NCBI GenBank assembly: GCA_947646115.1
Contig: CANSFH010000002.1
Span: forward strand, 27,806-91,805
Direction of reading: 5' to 3'
DNA from: an uncultured Mycoplasma sp.
GTDB lineage: Bacteria > Bacillota_I > Bacilli_A > RF39 > UBA660
DNA length: 64,000 nt
The position numbers and the translations under genes were made by a program. Positions 1 through 9,454 of the stretch are shown piece by piece (within the stretch, counting starts at the first letter, position 1; every line of letters begins with the position of its first letter). The notes below the pieces were generated by a model, which was given only the letters and a program-made list of their open reading frames with translations, had not been told where the DNA came from and searched no databases.

Positions 1-19
1 TTAATAAAAGGAGCTAAAT

Positions 20-286
20 ATGAAATATCATTATAAAACAACAAATACTTGTGCTAAAGAAATTGAATTCGACCTAAATGGCAATACCATAACAAATGTA
101 AAATTTTTAGGTGGAGGTTGTCCAGGAAATCTTCAAGCATTACCCAAGCTAGTTGAAGGCCTTACAGTTGAAGAAATAACATCTAAATTAAATGGCATAA
201 ACTGTGGAATTAGAGGAACTTCCTGTGCAGATCAACTATCAAAAGCAGTTAAAGAAGCTTATGAAAATTCTAAACAAAATATATAA
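20..286 (+). CDS. Small 4-Cys TSCPD-domain protein
   Basis: 88 aa with a GTSCADQ motif (TSCPD-like, as in NrdJ C-terminal domains) plus a GGGCPGN motif. A terminator hairpin follows. Confidence 0.5.
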   Translation: MKYHYKTTNTCAKEIEFDLNGNTITNVKFLGGGCPGNLQALPKLVEGLTVEEITSKLNGINCGIRGTSCADQLSKAVKEAYENSKQNI

Positions 287-292
287 CAAAAA

Positions 293-330
293 AATCAGTA
301 TTGGATATTAATCTAATACTGATTTTTAAA
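293..330. terminator. Rho-independent terminator hairpin, possibly bidirectional
   Basis: Perfect 9-bp stem atcagtatt/aatactgat with a T-run after it on + and an A-run before it (T-run on -). Confidence 0.6.
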
Positions 331-333
331 TAA

Positions 334-501
334 TTATTTTTCTAAATTTTTTAAGGCAAACAGACAAGCATCTATTACAAACTTTGAAAACGTAATCTTA
401 TTATTTGTTACTTTATTTATTTCTTTAATTAATTCTTTAGGAAACCTAATGCACTTATTATTAGTTTCCTCTTTTGTTTTTTCTTCTATTTTAAACTTCA
501 T
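334..501 (-). CDS. Unannotated 55-aa ORF (MKFKIEEKTKEETNNKCIRFPKELIKEINKV...), possibly ribbon-helix-helix-like
   Basis: ATG at 501..499 lies 5 nt after an AGGAG that overlaps the stop codon of the 510..1832 gene, so the two look translationally coupled. Stop is TAA at 336..334. It falls below the 60-aa ORF-track cutoff. Confidence 0.35.
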   Translation of the reverse strand: MKFKIEEKTKEETNNKCIRFPKELIKEINKVTNNKITFSKFVIDACLFALKNLEK

Positions 502-509
502 TAGAACTC

Positions 510-1832
510 CTACTGTACAACATAAGGATCACTTGCTGTTCCTTTTCCTGTTAATGTTATATCTGAACGAAGATTTATTACTGGACGAACACCATGCATT
601 ACGTGTACAGTCCAAAAGGCGAGGTCACCATCCTGATTCACAAAGAACACGCTGGAACCATAATGAGATGGAGACATAGTCCAGTAAACTTGCCCTGTAT
701 ATAAGTAATAGTTTTTATTTGTTGTTCCATATATACTACCTGCCATTGCTACTTCATCTGCTGTTATTAGTCCTATTGGATATATTAAACTTTTATTTCC
801 TTTACTTGCTCCACTTACTGTATATAAGTCTTCTGTGGGGCATGTTAGTACGGGTGCTCTATTTGTTTTTAACCTTACATATGCTCCATAATATGTTGTA
901 GTTATTCCTGTTCCTCCTTTATTGTCTATTAATTTATCACTTGTACTTGGTGTTCTATCACCACAGAAGCCAGCATTTGTATCTATTTTACTTGCATAAC
1001 TAGATAGATTGCTTGTATACCAAGTCTCTAATGACTCTAAAATTGTTGATTTTGTTCCTGTTCCATGTACCTCTCCTGATGTATATTTGAAGCCTACGTA
1101 CATATTATTGTTATACGATGAATTGAATGCTTTACTTGCAACTGCTATACTATCGCTAGTTGATATTCCATTATTATGTATGCTTGTTCCATCATAAATC
1201 AAACGGACACTTCCATCACCATTTATTCTAATGATTCGCCAATATTTATTTGCAAATTTAACATAGTTATTTGTTACTGCACCTCTCCAGTAATATGTAT
1301 CTCCATCATCATCTTTAGCTTTAAATACTCCTTCATCTGTTGTTGCAATTTTACTAAAATCTGGGGTTTCATTCTTTGGGATTATGCTTGCTAAAATTTT
1401 ATCTTTTGCAGAATTCTTTTCAAAATATAAATAGCACTTTGCTTTCTTTTTACTTGCGCTAATAATTACTTGTCCGTTTTGATAGCTTAAATTGATATTA
1501 TTATCCTTGATATATAGCCCTAAATCATTTTTAGTTTCACAATAACTAGTATTTACTAGTTTATATCCATTACTTGGAATATATTTTATCATATCCTTAC
1601 ATTCATTTATAGTTGGATCGCAAGTATAAACATCTCCCGCAATATTTATATACCTTATTCTATAATCATAGGGTGTATATGTTATAGTACCTTCTAATAT
1701 TGTAAATTTTTTTACTGTCCTATATTTGGCAAAACTTTGATGCACTATTAAAACAATAGCTATTATTACAAATACTATTACTCCGATTATTATTTCTTTT
1801 TTATGACTTTTTCTTATTACTTCAAATTGCAT
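510..1832 (-). CDS. Membrane-anchored/secreted hypothetical protein
   Basis: 440 aa with an N-terminal hydrophobic anchor (IIIGVIVFVIIAIVLIV) and a large G/T/S/N/Y-rich ectodomain. I recognise no family. Confidence 0.55.
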   Translation of the reverse strand: MQFEVIRKSHKKEIIIGVIVFVIIAIVLIVHQSFAKYRTVKKFTILEGTITYTPYDYRIRYINIAGDVYTCDPTINECKDMIKYIPSNGYKLVNTSYCETKNDLGLYIKDNNINLSYQNGQVIISASKKKAKCYLYFEKNSAKDKILASIIPKNETPDFSKIATTDEGVFKAKDDDGDTYYWRGAVTNNYVKFANKYWRIIRINGDGSVRLIYDGTSIHNNGISTSDSIAVASKAFNSSYNNNMYVGFKYTSGEVHGTGTKSTILESLETWYTSNLSSYASKIDTNAGFCGDRTPSTSDKLIDNKGGTGITTTYYGAYVRLKTNRAPVLTCPTEDLYTVSGASKGNKSLIYPIGLITADEVAMAGSIYGTTNKNYYLYTGQVYWTMSPSHYGSSVFFVNQDGDLAFWTVHVMHGVRPVINLRSDITLTGKGTASDPYVVQ

Positions 1833-2010
1833 TATTTATCCCTTCCTTACAAAGTTCTAAATAATGAGGCCTCAATTATATTAGAAATTTATCATTTATA
1901 TTAATATTATATATCCTGGGTATACTAAAGTCAAGAAAAATAACACAATATATTACACCAGAATGCATACTGGCTTTATATTTGAGAAAATTAAAAAAGG
2001 TGAAGTATAT

Positions 2011-2466
2011 ATGGACATTAGTAACAAGTTAAGAGAGCTACGAGAACAATACAACTATAGTCAAGATGAAATTGCAAAAAAAATTGAGATCAGCCGTGTA
2101 CAATACAATCAATACGAAAATAATTATTTTACTATACCAATAAAACATTTACTTAACTTGTGCAATTTTTATAACATTTCTATTGATTATATTTTTGATA
2201 TGACAGAACTTCAAAATTATAAAAATATAAAAAAAGATGTAAATAAAATAGAAGCTGGTAATCGTCTTAAAGAATTTCGCAAAGAAAACAAGCTTACCCA
2301 AACTAAACTTGCAAGTATTCTTAATACTACGTTTTCCAGTATTGCTTTTAACGAGAAAGGCAGAAACTTAATTGCCACTCCATTTCTTTATACAATATGC
2401 AAAAAATACAACATATCTGCAGACTATCTTTTAGGTCGCATTGATAATCCCAAATATATAAAATAA
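2011..2466 (+). CDS. XRE-family transcriptional regulator with two HTH domains
   Basis: Two Cro/C1-type HTH segments (LRELREQYNYSQDEIAKKIEISRVQYNQYE and LKEFRKENKLTQTKLASIL). I placed the start at the internal ATG 2011, which follows GGTGA. Confidence 0.7.
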   Translation: MDISNKLRELREQYNYSQDEIAKKIEISRVQYNQYENNYFTIPIKHLLNLCNFYNISIDYIFDMTELQNYKNIKKDVNKIEAGNRLKEFRKENKLTQTKLASILNTTFSSIAFNEKGRNLIATPFLYTICKKYNISADYLLGRIDNPKYIK

Positions 2467-2557
2467 TATTAATTATATCCATCTAAATTTGCTTTTAAAG
2501 TAAGTATAAAAAAACAATAACCGCTAATATTAATATTAGAAATGGAGTTGTAATTAC

Positions 2558-3073
2558 TTGAAATCCACAGGTGTAGTAAGAAGAATAGATGAATTAGGAA
2601 GAATTGTAATTCCTAAAGAAATAAGAAGAAATCTAGGAATTCGTGATGGAGAAAACGTCGAAATATTTACAGAATATGATAGTATAATATTAAAAAAATA
2701 TAATCGTATGGAAAAAACTAGCTATTTAGCTAATATGTTATGTGAAATAGTATATAATGAATTTAATTATAAAATAATGATTACCGATCGAGAAAAAATT
2801 ATAGCCTCATCTGGAGTAGACCAAAACGTAAACAATAAAAACCTTTTAAAAGAAGAACTAAATTTAATTGAAAATCGAGAAACAATAACTAAAAATGATT
2901 ATATATTAAATTTAGAAGACATTCAAATAAAAGGCAGTTTTGTCTTTATTCCAATTATATCTTTAAATGATAGCATAGGCCTCGTAATAATGTATAGTCC
3001 CACTAGACTATCAAATGAATCAGCAATCGGTAAATTCATTTCTAGTATTTTTTCTCGTAAGTTAGATATTTAA
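2558..3073 (+). CDS. spoVT: Stage V sporulation protein T (AbrB-type N-domain plus GAF-like domain)
   Basis: The N-terminus (M)KSTGVVRRIDELGRIVIPKEIRRNLGIRDGENVEIF closely parallels B. subtilis SpoVT (MKATGIVRRIDDLGRVVIPKEIRR...). It starts with TTG and is about 171 aa. Confidence 0.8.
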   Translation: MKSTGVVRRIDELGRIVIPKEIRRNLGIRDGENVEIFTEYDSIILKKYNRMEKTSYLANMLCEIVYNEFNYKIMITDREKIIASSGVDQNVNNKNLLKEELNLIENRETITKNDYILNLEDIQIKGSFVFIPIISLNDSIGLVIMYSPTRLSNESAIGKFISSIFSRKLDI

Positions 3074-3194
3074 AAATATAATATGTACATTAATACATAT
3101 TTTTTTAATGATAAATTTATAAGAAATCTTAAAAATTAAGTTCTTGACTAGATAATGAACATATAATATAATAAAAATATCTTAAATGTTGAAG

Positions 3195-3385
3195 GAATGA
3201 GTACATATAATTTATTTTAAAGAAAGTTCGTGGTAGATGCAAACGAATAATAAATAATATGGAAGATGACTCTGGAGTTTAAACGGCAACTCTCCGTTAT
3301 CGAGTTTGAGAGCATGAAAAAAATCATGAATTAAGGTGGTACCGCGGAATATAATTCGTCCTTAATTTATGGTTTTTATTTGTTT
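3195..3385 (+). promoter_or_regulatory. T-box riboswitch leader, probably Met-specific, with promoter TTGACT-N17-TATAAT at 3144..3172
   Basis: Conserved T-box sequence AATTAAGGTGGTACCGCGG at 3334..3352. A competing terminator (aattaagg...ccttaatt plus T-run) lies just before the RBS of the HAD-metG operon. Confidence 0.75.
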
Positions 3386-3400
3386 TAAAGGAGAATATTT

Positions 3401-4021
3401 ATGAAAAAAATAAAAAGAATAATCTTCGATTTAGATGATACCCTAATTCCATGGAAAAAAGAATATAGTGCAGGCTTTAAAAAAGCACTTAAAGATTTTA
3501 ATTTAGATTATGATAATACTGATGCCGATTTAGTTGCGTACTATGAATCGATTTACCCTAATTATAATTATGAAGCTTTATTAAAAACTTTTAATGAATT
3601 TACTGGTCTAAATGCCTCTATAGATTTTATCCAAACTTGGCAAAATTATTTAGGTGAAATGGCTGAACCAGATAATGAAATAATTGAAGTTTTAGAATAT
3701 TTAAGCAAGAAATATGATTTAGTAGTATTAACTAACTGGTTTAGAGATTCCCAAGCGAAAAGATTAGCTAAAGCGCGAATGCGTGACTATTTTAGTGCCG
3801 TGTATGGCGCTGATAATTATAAAAAGCCATCAATAGAAAGTTTTAAAGAGGCAATTGGCGATTTAGAACCTAGCGAATGTATAATGATAGGTGACAATTA
3901 TAAAGAAGATATAGAAGGCGCATTAAATTGTGGACTTAAAGCTATTTATTTAACTAATAGGGAAGGAGAATTTGCAGCTCCAACTATTAAAAGCTTAAAA
4001 GAATTAAAAGAAATTTTATAA
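3401..4021 (+). CDS. HAD-superfamily hydrolase
   Basis: Motif I IIFDLDDTL (DxDxT). It is the first gene of the T-box-controlled operon. Confidence 0.75.
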   Translation: MKKIKRIIFDLDDTLIPWKKEYSAGFKKALKDFNLDYDNTDADLVAYYESIYPNYNYEALLKTFNEFTGLNASIDFIQTWQNYLGEMAEPDNEIIEVLEYLSKKYDLVVLTNWFRDSQAKRLAKARMRDYFSAVYGADNYKKPSIESFKEAIGDLEPSECIMIGDNYKEDIEGALNCGLKAIYLTNREGEFAAPTIKSLKELKEIL

Positions 4022-4042
4022 AAAAAGAAAGAGGAATTTATT

Positions 4043-5572
4043 ATGAATAAAAAATATTATGTATCTACTCCAATATATTATCCAAGTGCAGAATTTCATA
4101 TTGGTCATTGCTATACAACAATTATAGCTGATGCTCTAGCGAGATATAAAAGATTAACTGGTTATGATGTATACTATCAAACAGGAACAGATGAACATGG
4201 AGAGAAAATTGAAAAGAAAGCTGCATCCGCAGGTGTAACTCCAAAAGAATACGTTGATAAAATAATAGAAGACGCTAAAGATTTATGGCAATCTTTAAAT
4301 ATATCATATGATTTCTTTATGCGTACAACAGACGATTACCATGAAGCTTCTGTTCAAAAAATATTTAAAAAATTATATGAACAAGGAGATATTTATAAAG
4401 GCTCATATGAAGGACTATATTGTATCCCATGTGAATCCTTTTGGACAGAAACTCAAGCCGTGGACGGAAAATGTCCAGATTGTGGGCGAGAAGTTAAAAC
4501 AGTAAGTGAAGAAGCCTATTTCTTCAAACTATCTAAATATCAAGATCGTTTAGTTAAATTTTATAATGAACACCCAGATTTTATATTACCACTATCACGT
4601 AAAAATGAAATGCTAAATAACTTCATTAATCCAGGGCTAGAAGATTTATGTGTATCTCGTACTAGTTTTAAATGGGGAATACCAGTTGATTTTGACCCAG
4701 ACCACGTCGTTTATGTTTGGGTAGATGCTTTATCAAACTATATAACTACTTTAGGTTATCCCGATGAAAATAACGAACTATTTACAAAATACTGGCCAGC
4801 AGACCTTCACATTGTAGGTAAAGAAATTGTTAGATTCCATACTATTATTTGGCCTTGTTTATTAATGGCTCTTGATTTACCATTGCCACACCAAGTGTTT
4901 GGACATGGATGGTTAAAAATAGATGGTGGTAAAATCTCTAAAAGTTTAGGAAACTATAAAGACCCACGTGTATATATTAATGCTTATGGCGTTGATGCAG
5001 TAAGATATTATGCTCTTCGCGAAGTTCCCTTTGGACATGATGGTAATTTTTCTGAAGAAGCTCTAATATCTCGTACTAATGCTGATTTAGTAAATACTTT
5101 AGGCAATCTTGTTAACAGAACTATTAGTATGTCCCATAAATATTTTGATGGCATAGTTACTAATCCAAAAGTTGAAGAAGAGCTTGATAAAGATTTAATA
5201 ACTAATATTTTAGCTTTAAAAGATATCGTTGAAGAAAAAATGAACGAATTAAAAGTTAATGAAGCAATTGAAGAAATCATGGATGTATTAAGAAAGTGTA
5301 ATAAATACATTGATGACACAACACCATGGACTTTAGCTAAAGATGAAACAAAAAAAGAGCGCTTACAAACAATTCTATATAATCTTTTAGAAAGTATCCG
5401 TATTTGTACAATTCTTTTAACTCCATTTATTCCTGGAACTTGTGACAAAATATTAGCTAATTTAAATACTAAAGAAACATCTTATGATTCTATAAAAACA
5501 TTTGGTTTATTAGAAGAAGGTCTTAAACTAAATAATCCAGAAATCATATATAGTCGTATTGAAACTAAATAA
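4043..5572 (+). CDS. metG: Methionine--tRNA ligase, short form
   Basis: HIGH (HIGHCYT) and KMSKS (KISKS) motifs plus a CPDCG zinc knuckle. 509 aa, with no C-terminal tRNA-binding extension. Confidence 0.95.
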   Translation: MNKKYYVSTPIYYPSAEFHIGHCYTTIIADALARYKRLTGYDVYYQTGTDEHGEKIEKKAASAGVTPKEYVDKIIEDAKDLWQSLNISYDFFMRTTDDYHEASVQKIFKKLYEQGDIYKGSYEGLYCIPCESFWTETQAVDGKCPDCGREVKTVSEEAYFFKLSKYQDRLVKFYNEHPDFILPLSRKNEMLNNFINPGLEDLCVSRTSFKWGIPVDFDPDHVVYVWVDALSNYITTLGYPDENNELFTKYWPADLHIVGKEIVRFHTIIWPCLLMALDLPLPHQVFGHGWLKIDGGKISKSLGNYKDPRVYINAYGVDAVRYYALREVPFGHDGNFSEEALISRTNADLVNTLGNLVNRTISMSHKYFDGIVTNPKVEEELDKDLITNILALKDIVEEKMNELKVNEAIEEIMDVLRKCNKYIDDTTPWTLAKDETKKERLQTILYNLLESIRICTILLTPFIPGTCDKILANLNTKETSYDSIKTFGLLEEGLKLNNPEIIYSRIETK

Positions 5573-5606
5573 AAACAATATACTGCGTAACACAGTTAAA
5601 AAACAA

Positions 5607-5640
5607 GAATGAACTTTTTATCATTCTTGTTTTATTTTAT
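5607..5640. terminator. Bidirectional terminator between convergent genes
   Basis: 11-bp stem aacaagaatga/tcattcttgtt with flanking T-runs. Confidence 0.6.
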
Positions 5641-5645
5641 ATAGA

Positions 5646-6290
5646 TTACTTTCTACCTTCATCAGATTGTAGTATATTTTCCAGATATTGTATTTCTATT
5701 TTTTTCGAATCAATCATTGTACTATAATTCGAATTTGTTTGAAAATATTGAAGTGCATCTTTCGCTTCTAGTAGTTGTGCTCGAATAGTGTCCATATAAG
5801 TTAATTTTTTATCTTTTAATGCCCAATAATCTTGCATAATAGCCATTTTAACCTCATTACTAACATCTTGTGCACTTAAAGTTTCTTCAAAACTCCAATT
5901 CAAAAGAGCATAAACATTTCGCAATTTCGGGAAAAAACCTACCTCTTGTAGTACATCTTCAGCTATATTAAAACCAAAACTAACATCTACATAAATTGCT
6001 GAAGCTACATAATTTAAATTAGTTGGACATAATAAATATCCCATAAATTGCTCTAATATTTCTTTTTGTTTATCTTTAGAGCTCGCTTTAAAATGAATAC
6101 GATTTATAATAATATAAGCTTTGTCTAGTGGAGAGTAAATTTCAGCATCTAATAGCATATTCCCTTCATTATCATAAGCGTTAACAATTTCAAAACTATC
6201 AGGTTCAAAATCTCCATATCTAATTTTCATACTTTTTTTATTAAGACTATTAAATTTTCGTTCTCTATTTTCCTTAAAAGTAACAATCAT
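5646..6290 (-). CDS. Hypothetical protein
   Basis: 214-aa ORF with an RBS. I recognise no motif. Confidence 0.45.
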   Translation of the reverse strand: MIVTFKENRERKFNSLNKKSMKIRYGDFEPDSFEIVNAYDNEGNMLLDAEIYSPLDKAYIIINRIHFKASSKDKQKEILEQFMGYLLCPTNLNYVASAIYVDVSFGFNIAEDVLQEVGFFPKLRNVYALLNWSFEETLSAQDVSNEVKMAIMQDYWALKDKKLTYMDTIRAQLLEAKDALQYFQTNSNYSTMIDSKKIEIQYLENILQSDEGRK

Positions 6291-6434
6291 AAATCTTCCC
6301 TCTTAAATTAATTTAATTATTATACACAAATAAATTTAAATGTCAAATTTCTGAAATTATTAGTTTACTTTTTCTGTTCTTAAAAAGTCAGTTTTTTTAT
6401 ACTTTTTTTCATTATAATGATAATGGTGATATGT

Positions 6435-8150
6435 ATGAAAAATATAAATTATTTAAAATGGTTATTAAGTTATTCTAAAAAATCAAAAAAAGATTTATTT
6501 TTATATTTTTTAATGGGACTATTAATGGTAGTAGTCTGGATTTTTCTTCCCATTTACATGGCTAAATTAACATTAAGTTTAACAAATGGATCTTGGAGTG
6601 ATTTATATCATATCGCATTCTTTATTTTTGGCTTACATTTCTTTTATAACATATTTAAAGTATTAATAAGTAATTTTGCTCTTAAATTTATAACTGAAAC
6701 TTATCGCAACTTACATTTAGATATATCCGAAAAATTTATGAATACCAGTATCCAAGATATAAATAAAAAAAGTAGTGGTTACTACATAAATAGACTTACG
6801 GACGATACTTTAGATGTATCAGATTTCTTTATTAATATAACGGACGATATTATCGATATTTTAATAAACATTGGTTCATTAATTACTATATTTGTCCTAA
6901 ATAAATATATTTTTACTTATTATTTATATTTCCTTATCTTATTATATTTAATAAAGGCTACTAAAACAAATCATCGTATAAAATACGAAAAAAAGAAAAA
7001 AGAAACAGTTGAAAGCTTAATGACTAGCAATATTGAAATGATCAGAGGAATTGAAGAAATAAAGGTTTTAAATATTAAGAAAAAATTTTTAAATATTATA
7101 AACCAAAAGATAAAAAGATTTAGCTCATCCCTTATAAAATTAGATAATGTTGAGCGTTTCTACGATTTTATATACAATAGTAGTATTAATCTATTTCGCC
7201 TACTTTTGGTAGCGCTTTGCATATATTTAATATCTGAAAATAAACTAACTATTTCTATTGCACTAATTGCTATAAACTATGAATCTAATGTTTTTGACTT
7301 GTTAAAATTTACTGAATCTATCATTCATAATATCAAAAAATTTAAGTTATGTGCTAATAGAATCATGGAAATAACTAACTACCAAGATAAATCACCAGAA
7401 ATTTTTGGTACTAAAAACATTGATACACGTGATATAGTTTGTAAGTTAAATAATGTAACTTTTAGTTATAACAATTCTAAAAATATTTTAGAAGATATTA
7501 ATATCACAGTTGAACCTAAAAAGTTTATTGCTCTAGTAGGTAAAAGTGGCACTGGCAAAACAAGTATTTTAAATCTTCTAAATAAGCTTCATTTACCAAC
7601 TAAAGGATGTATTACTTTAAATGATATAGATATTAATGAATTAACAGAAGAATCATTAAGGAACAATATTTCAATAGTATGTCAAAATCCATATATTTTT
7701 AATATGACCATTAAAGAAAACTTAAAATTAGTAAAAGAAGACGCTACAGACGAGGAAATAGAAAAAGCTTGTATTATTGCTCAAATAGATAATGATATCA
7801 AAAAAATGCCTAAAGGTTACAATACTTTAATTGAAGAAAATGGTAAAAACTTAAGTGGTGGTCAAAAACAAAGGTTAGCTATCGCCCGAGTTATTCTAAA
7901 AAACACCCCTATTATTTTATTTGATGAAGCTACCAGTGCCCTTGATAATGAAACAGAAAAAAAATTAACTTTAGCTTTAAAAAAAATTTCTGGAAAATAT
8001 AGTATCATAATGGTCGCTCATAGACTATCAACGATTGAAAATAGCAATAAAATCTATTTCTTAAAAAATAAAAAAATTCTTGCCTATGGCACCCATCAAG
8101 AATTATTGAAATCATGTAAGCCATATCAAGAATTATATAAAAATAAATAA
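6435..8150 (+). CDS. ABC exporter with fused permease and ATPase
   Basis: N-terminal 6-TM domain, then Walker A GKSGTGKTS, signature LSGGQKQR and Walker B ILFDEATSALD. I preferred the start at ATG 6435, which follows GGTGA. Confidence 0.85.
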   Translation: MKNINYLKWLLSYSKKSKKDLFLYFLMGLLMVVVWIFLPIYMAKLTLSLTNGSWSDLYHIAFFIFGLHFFYNIFKVLISNFALKFITETYRNLHLDISEKFMNTSIQDINKKSSGYYINRLTDDTLDVSDFFINITDDIIDILINIGSLITIFVLNKYIFTYYLYFLILLYLIKATKTNHRIKYEKKKKETVESLMTSNIEMIRGIEEIKVLNIKKKFLNIINQKIKRFSSSLIKLDNVERFYDFIYNSSINLFRLLLVALCIYLISENKLTISIALIAINYESNVFDLLKFTESIIHNIKKFKLCANRIMEITNYQDKSPEIFGTKNIDTRDIVCKLNNVTFSYNNSKNILEDINITVEPKKFIALVGKSGTGKTSILNLLNKLHLPTKGCITLNDIDINELTEESLRNNISIVCQNPYIFNMTIKENLKLVKEDATDEEIEKACIIAQIDNDIKKMPKGYNTLIEENGKNLSGGQKQRLAIARVILKNTPIILFDEATSALDNETEKKLTLALKKISGKYSIIMVAHRLSTIENSNKIYFLKNKKILAYGTHQELLKSCKPYQELYKNK

Positions 8151-8684
8151 TTATAATAAATGCGCTAAACCCAAAATAAATAAAATAATTACTCCAATAA
8201 TATTAGCATACATTCCTAGTATTTTATTAGCTTGTTTACCAACTATTATCCCTCCATAAGTAAAAAGAAAACTGCAAACGGAAAAAATACTCATTGCTAA
8301 ATATATATTACTCGTAATAGCCTTTATTCCTAGTCCTACAGAAAAACTATCAATACTTACTCCAAAAGCAAATAAAAGCATACCTAAAAAAGATAAATTA
8401 AACTCTTCTTCTTCATGTTTTATAATATCAATAATCATTTGAATAGCTATAAAAATTAAAATAATTCCTAATAAAATATCGCATTTTAATTCAAAAGTTT
8501 TAATTAACTGTTCACCAAGCATCATTCCTAGCATTGGCTGTAAAAAATGCATTACTCCAACTATTGAAGATAAAATCAAGGCTTTTTTTCGAGATACATT
8601 AAACATGCCAACCCCTAAAGATAAAGAAAAAGTATCCATACTTAAAGCAATTCCTATTAAAATAATACTAAATATTTCTTTCAT
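8151..8684 (-). CDS. MntP/YtaF-family (DUF204) membrane protein
   Basis: Two DUF204-like repeats (LSMDTFSLSLGVG and SIDSFSVGLG) and about 6 TM segments. Confidence 0.6.
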   Translation of the reverse strand: MKEIFSIILIGIALSMDTFSLSLGVGMFNVSRKKALILSSIVGVMHFLQPMLGMMLGEQLIKTFELKCDILLGIILIFIAIQMIIDIIKHEEEEFNLSFLGMLLFAFGVSIDSFSVGLGIKAITSNIYLAMSIFSVCSFLFTYGGIIVGKQANKILGMYANIIGVIILFILGLAHLL

Positions 8685-8685
8685 T

Positions 8686-8722
8686 TAAAAAGCCTCCAAT
8701 ATAGTTTATTTTTGAAGGCTTT
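8686..8722 (-). terminator. Terminator hairpin downstream of spoIIR
   Basis: aaagcctcca...tgaaggcttt stem with flanking T-runs. Confidence 0.5.
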
Positions 8723-8725
8723 TTA

Positions 8726-9229
8726 TTAGAACTTTTTTAAAATATTTTTCACGTAAGACTGATACTTAATATCACTAATATCTTCTTCGTTATTATCTAA
8801 AAGACACAGCGGAGGAAAAAGAACACACCAAAAATTATTTCCCATTCCTTCACCCAAAGTAATTACTAATGATTCATAATCTCCAGCTTTATACATAACT
8901 CCTTTATAATTTTTGGTTGGAAAATAGTTTAAACCGTAATTTATATTATAAGGAACATTATATTCTTTAACCAATTTATCTATTGCATCCATATTAGAAC
9001 TAATTACATCTCTAACATCATTAGTACTATTAGCATCTTTAATCAAATTATATATTTCTTTTTCAATTTTATCTTTAATTAATAACTTATTTTGTTGATC
9101 TTGCACAGTATTACTATTAGCTATAACCCTAAATCTTATTGCATTACTAGGAATAATTATATCTTCCTCTTTTTTATTAAAAATAACTACTAAACTTACT
9201 ATAAATAATATAATAATAACTTTTTTCAA
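8726..9229 (-). CDS. spoIIR: Stage II sporulation protein R
   Basis: Signal peptide, IRFRVIANSN, and the signature GEGMGNNFWCVLFPPLC (the G.G.NWWCV.FPPLC motif of SpoIIR). Confidence 0.7.
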   Translation of the reverse strand: MKKVIIILFIVSLVVIFNKKEEDIIIPSNAIRFRVIANSNTVQDQQNKLLIKDKIEKEIYNLIKDANSTNDVRDVISSNMDAIDKLVKEYNVPYNINYGLNYFPTKNYKGVMYKAGDYESLVITLGEGMGNNFWCVLFPPLCLLDNNEEDISDIKYQSYVKNILKKF

Positions 9230-9454
9230 TGTATATCACCTAAAATAATATAGAGTTTAAAACAATTTTTTTATTCAAGAATTTTAATTAAACTAATATT
9301 TATTATAAAAACATTGACAATAACTAAGCTTTTAAGATATAGTATATTTGGTAAATTATTAAATTAATAGCACCAAAAAAAATATAAATCATAAAAAATA
9401 GTATAAGTGCCTAACTTATACTAAAATTTTTCTTAGGAGTAAGGGTGTGTTAAA

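Noticed and set aside
449-679. 76-aa plus-strand ORF
   Set aside because: It overlaps, in antisense, the 3' end of the 440-aa gene and the coupled 55-aa ORF. It has no RBS.
4308-5448. Internal and antisense ORFs within metG (4308..4505 on +, 5008..5448 on -)
   Set aside because: They are alternate-frame or antisense shadows of metG, with no independent start signals.
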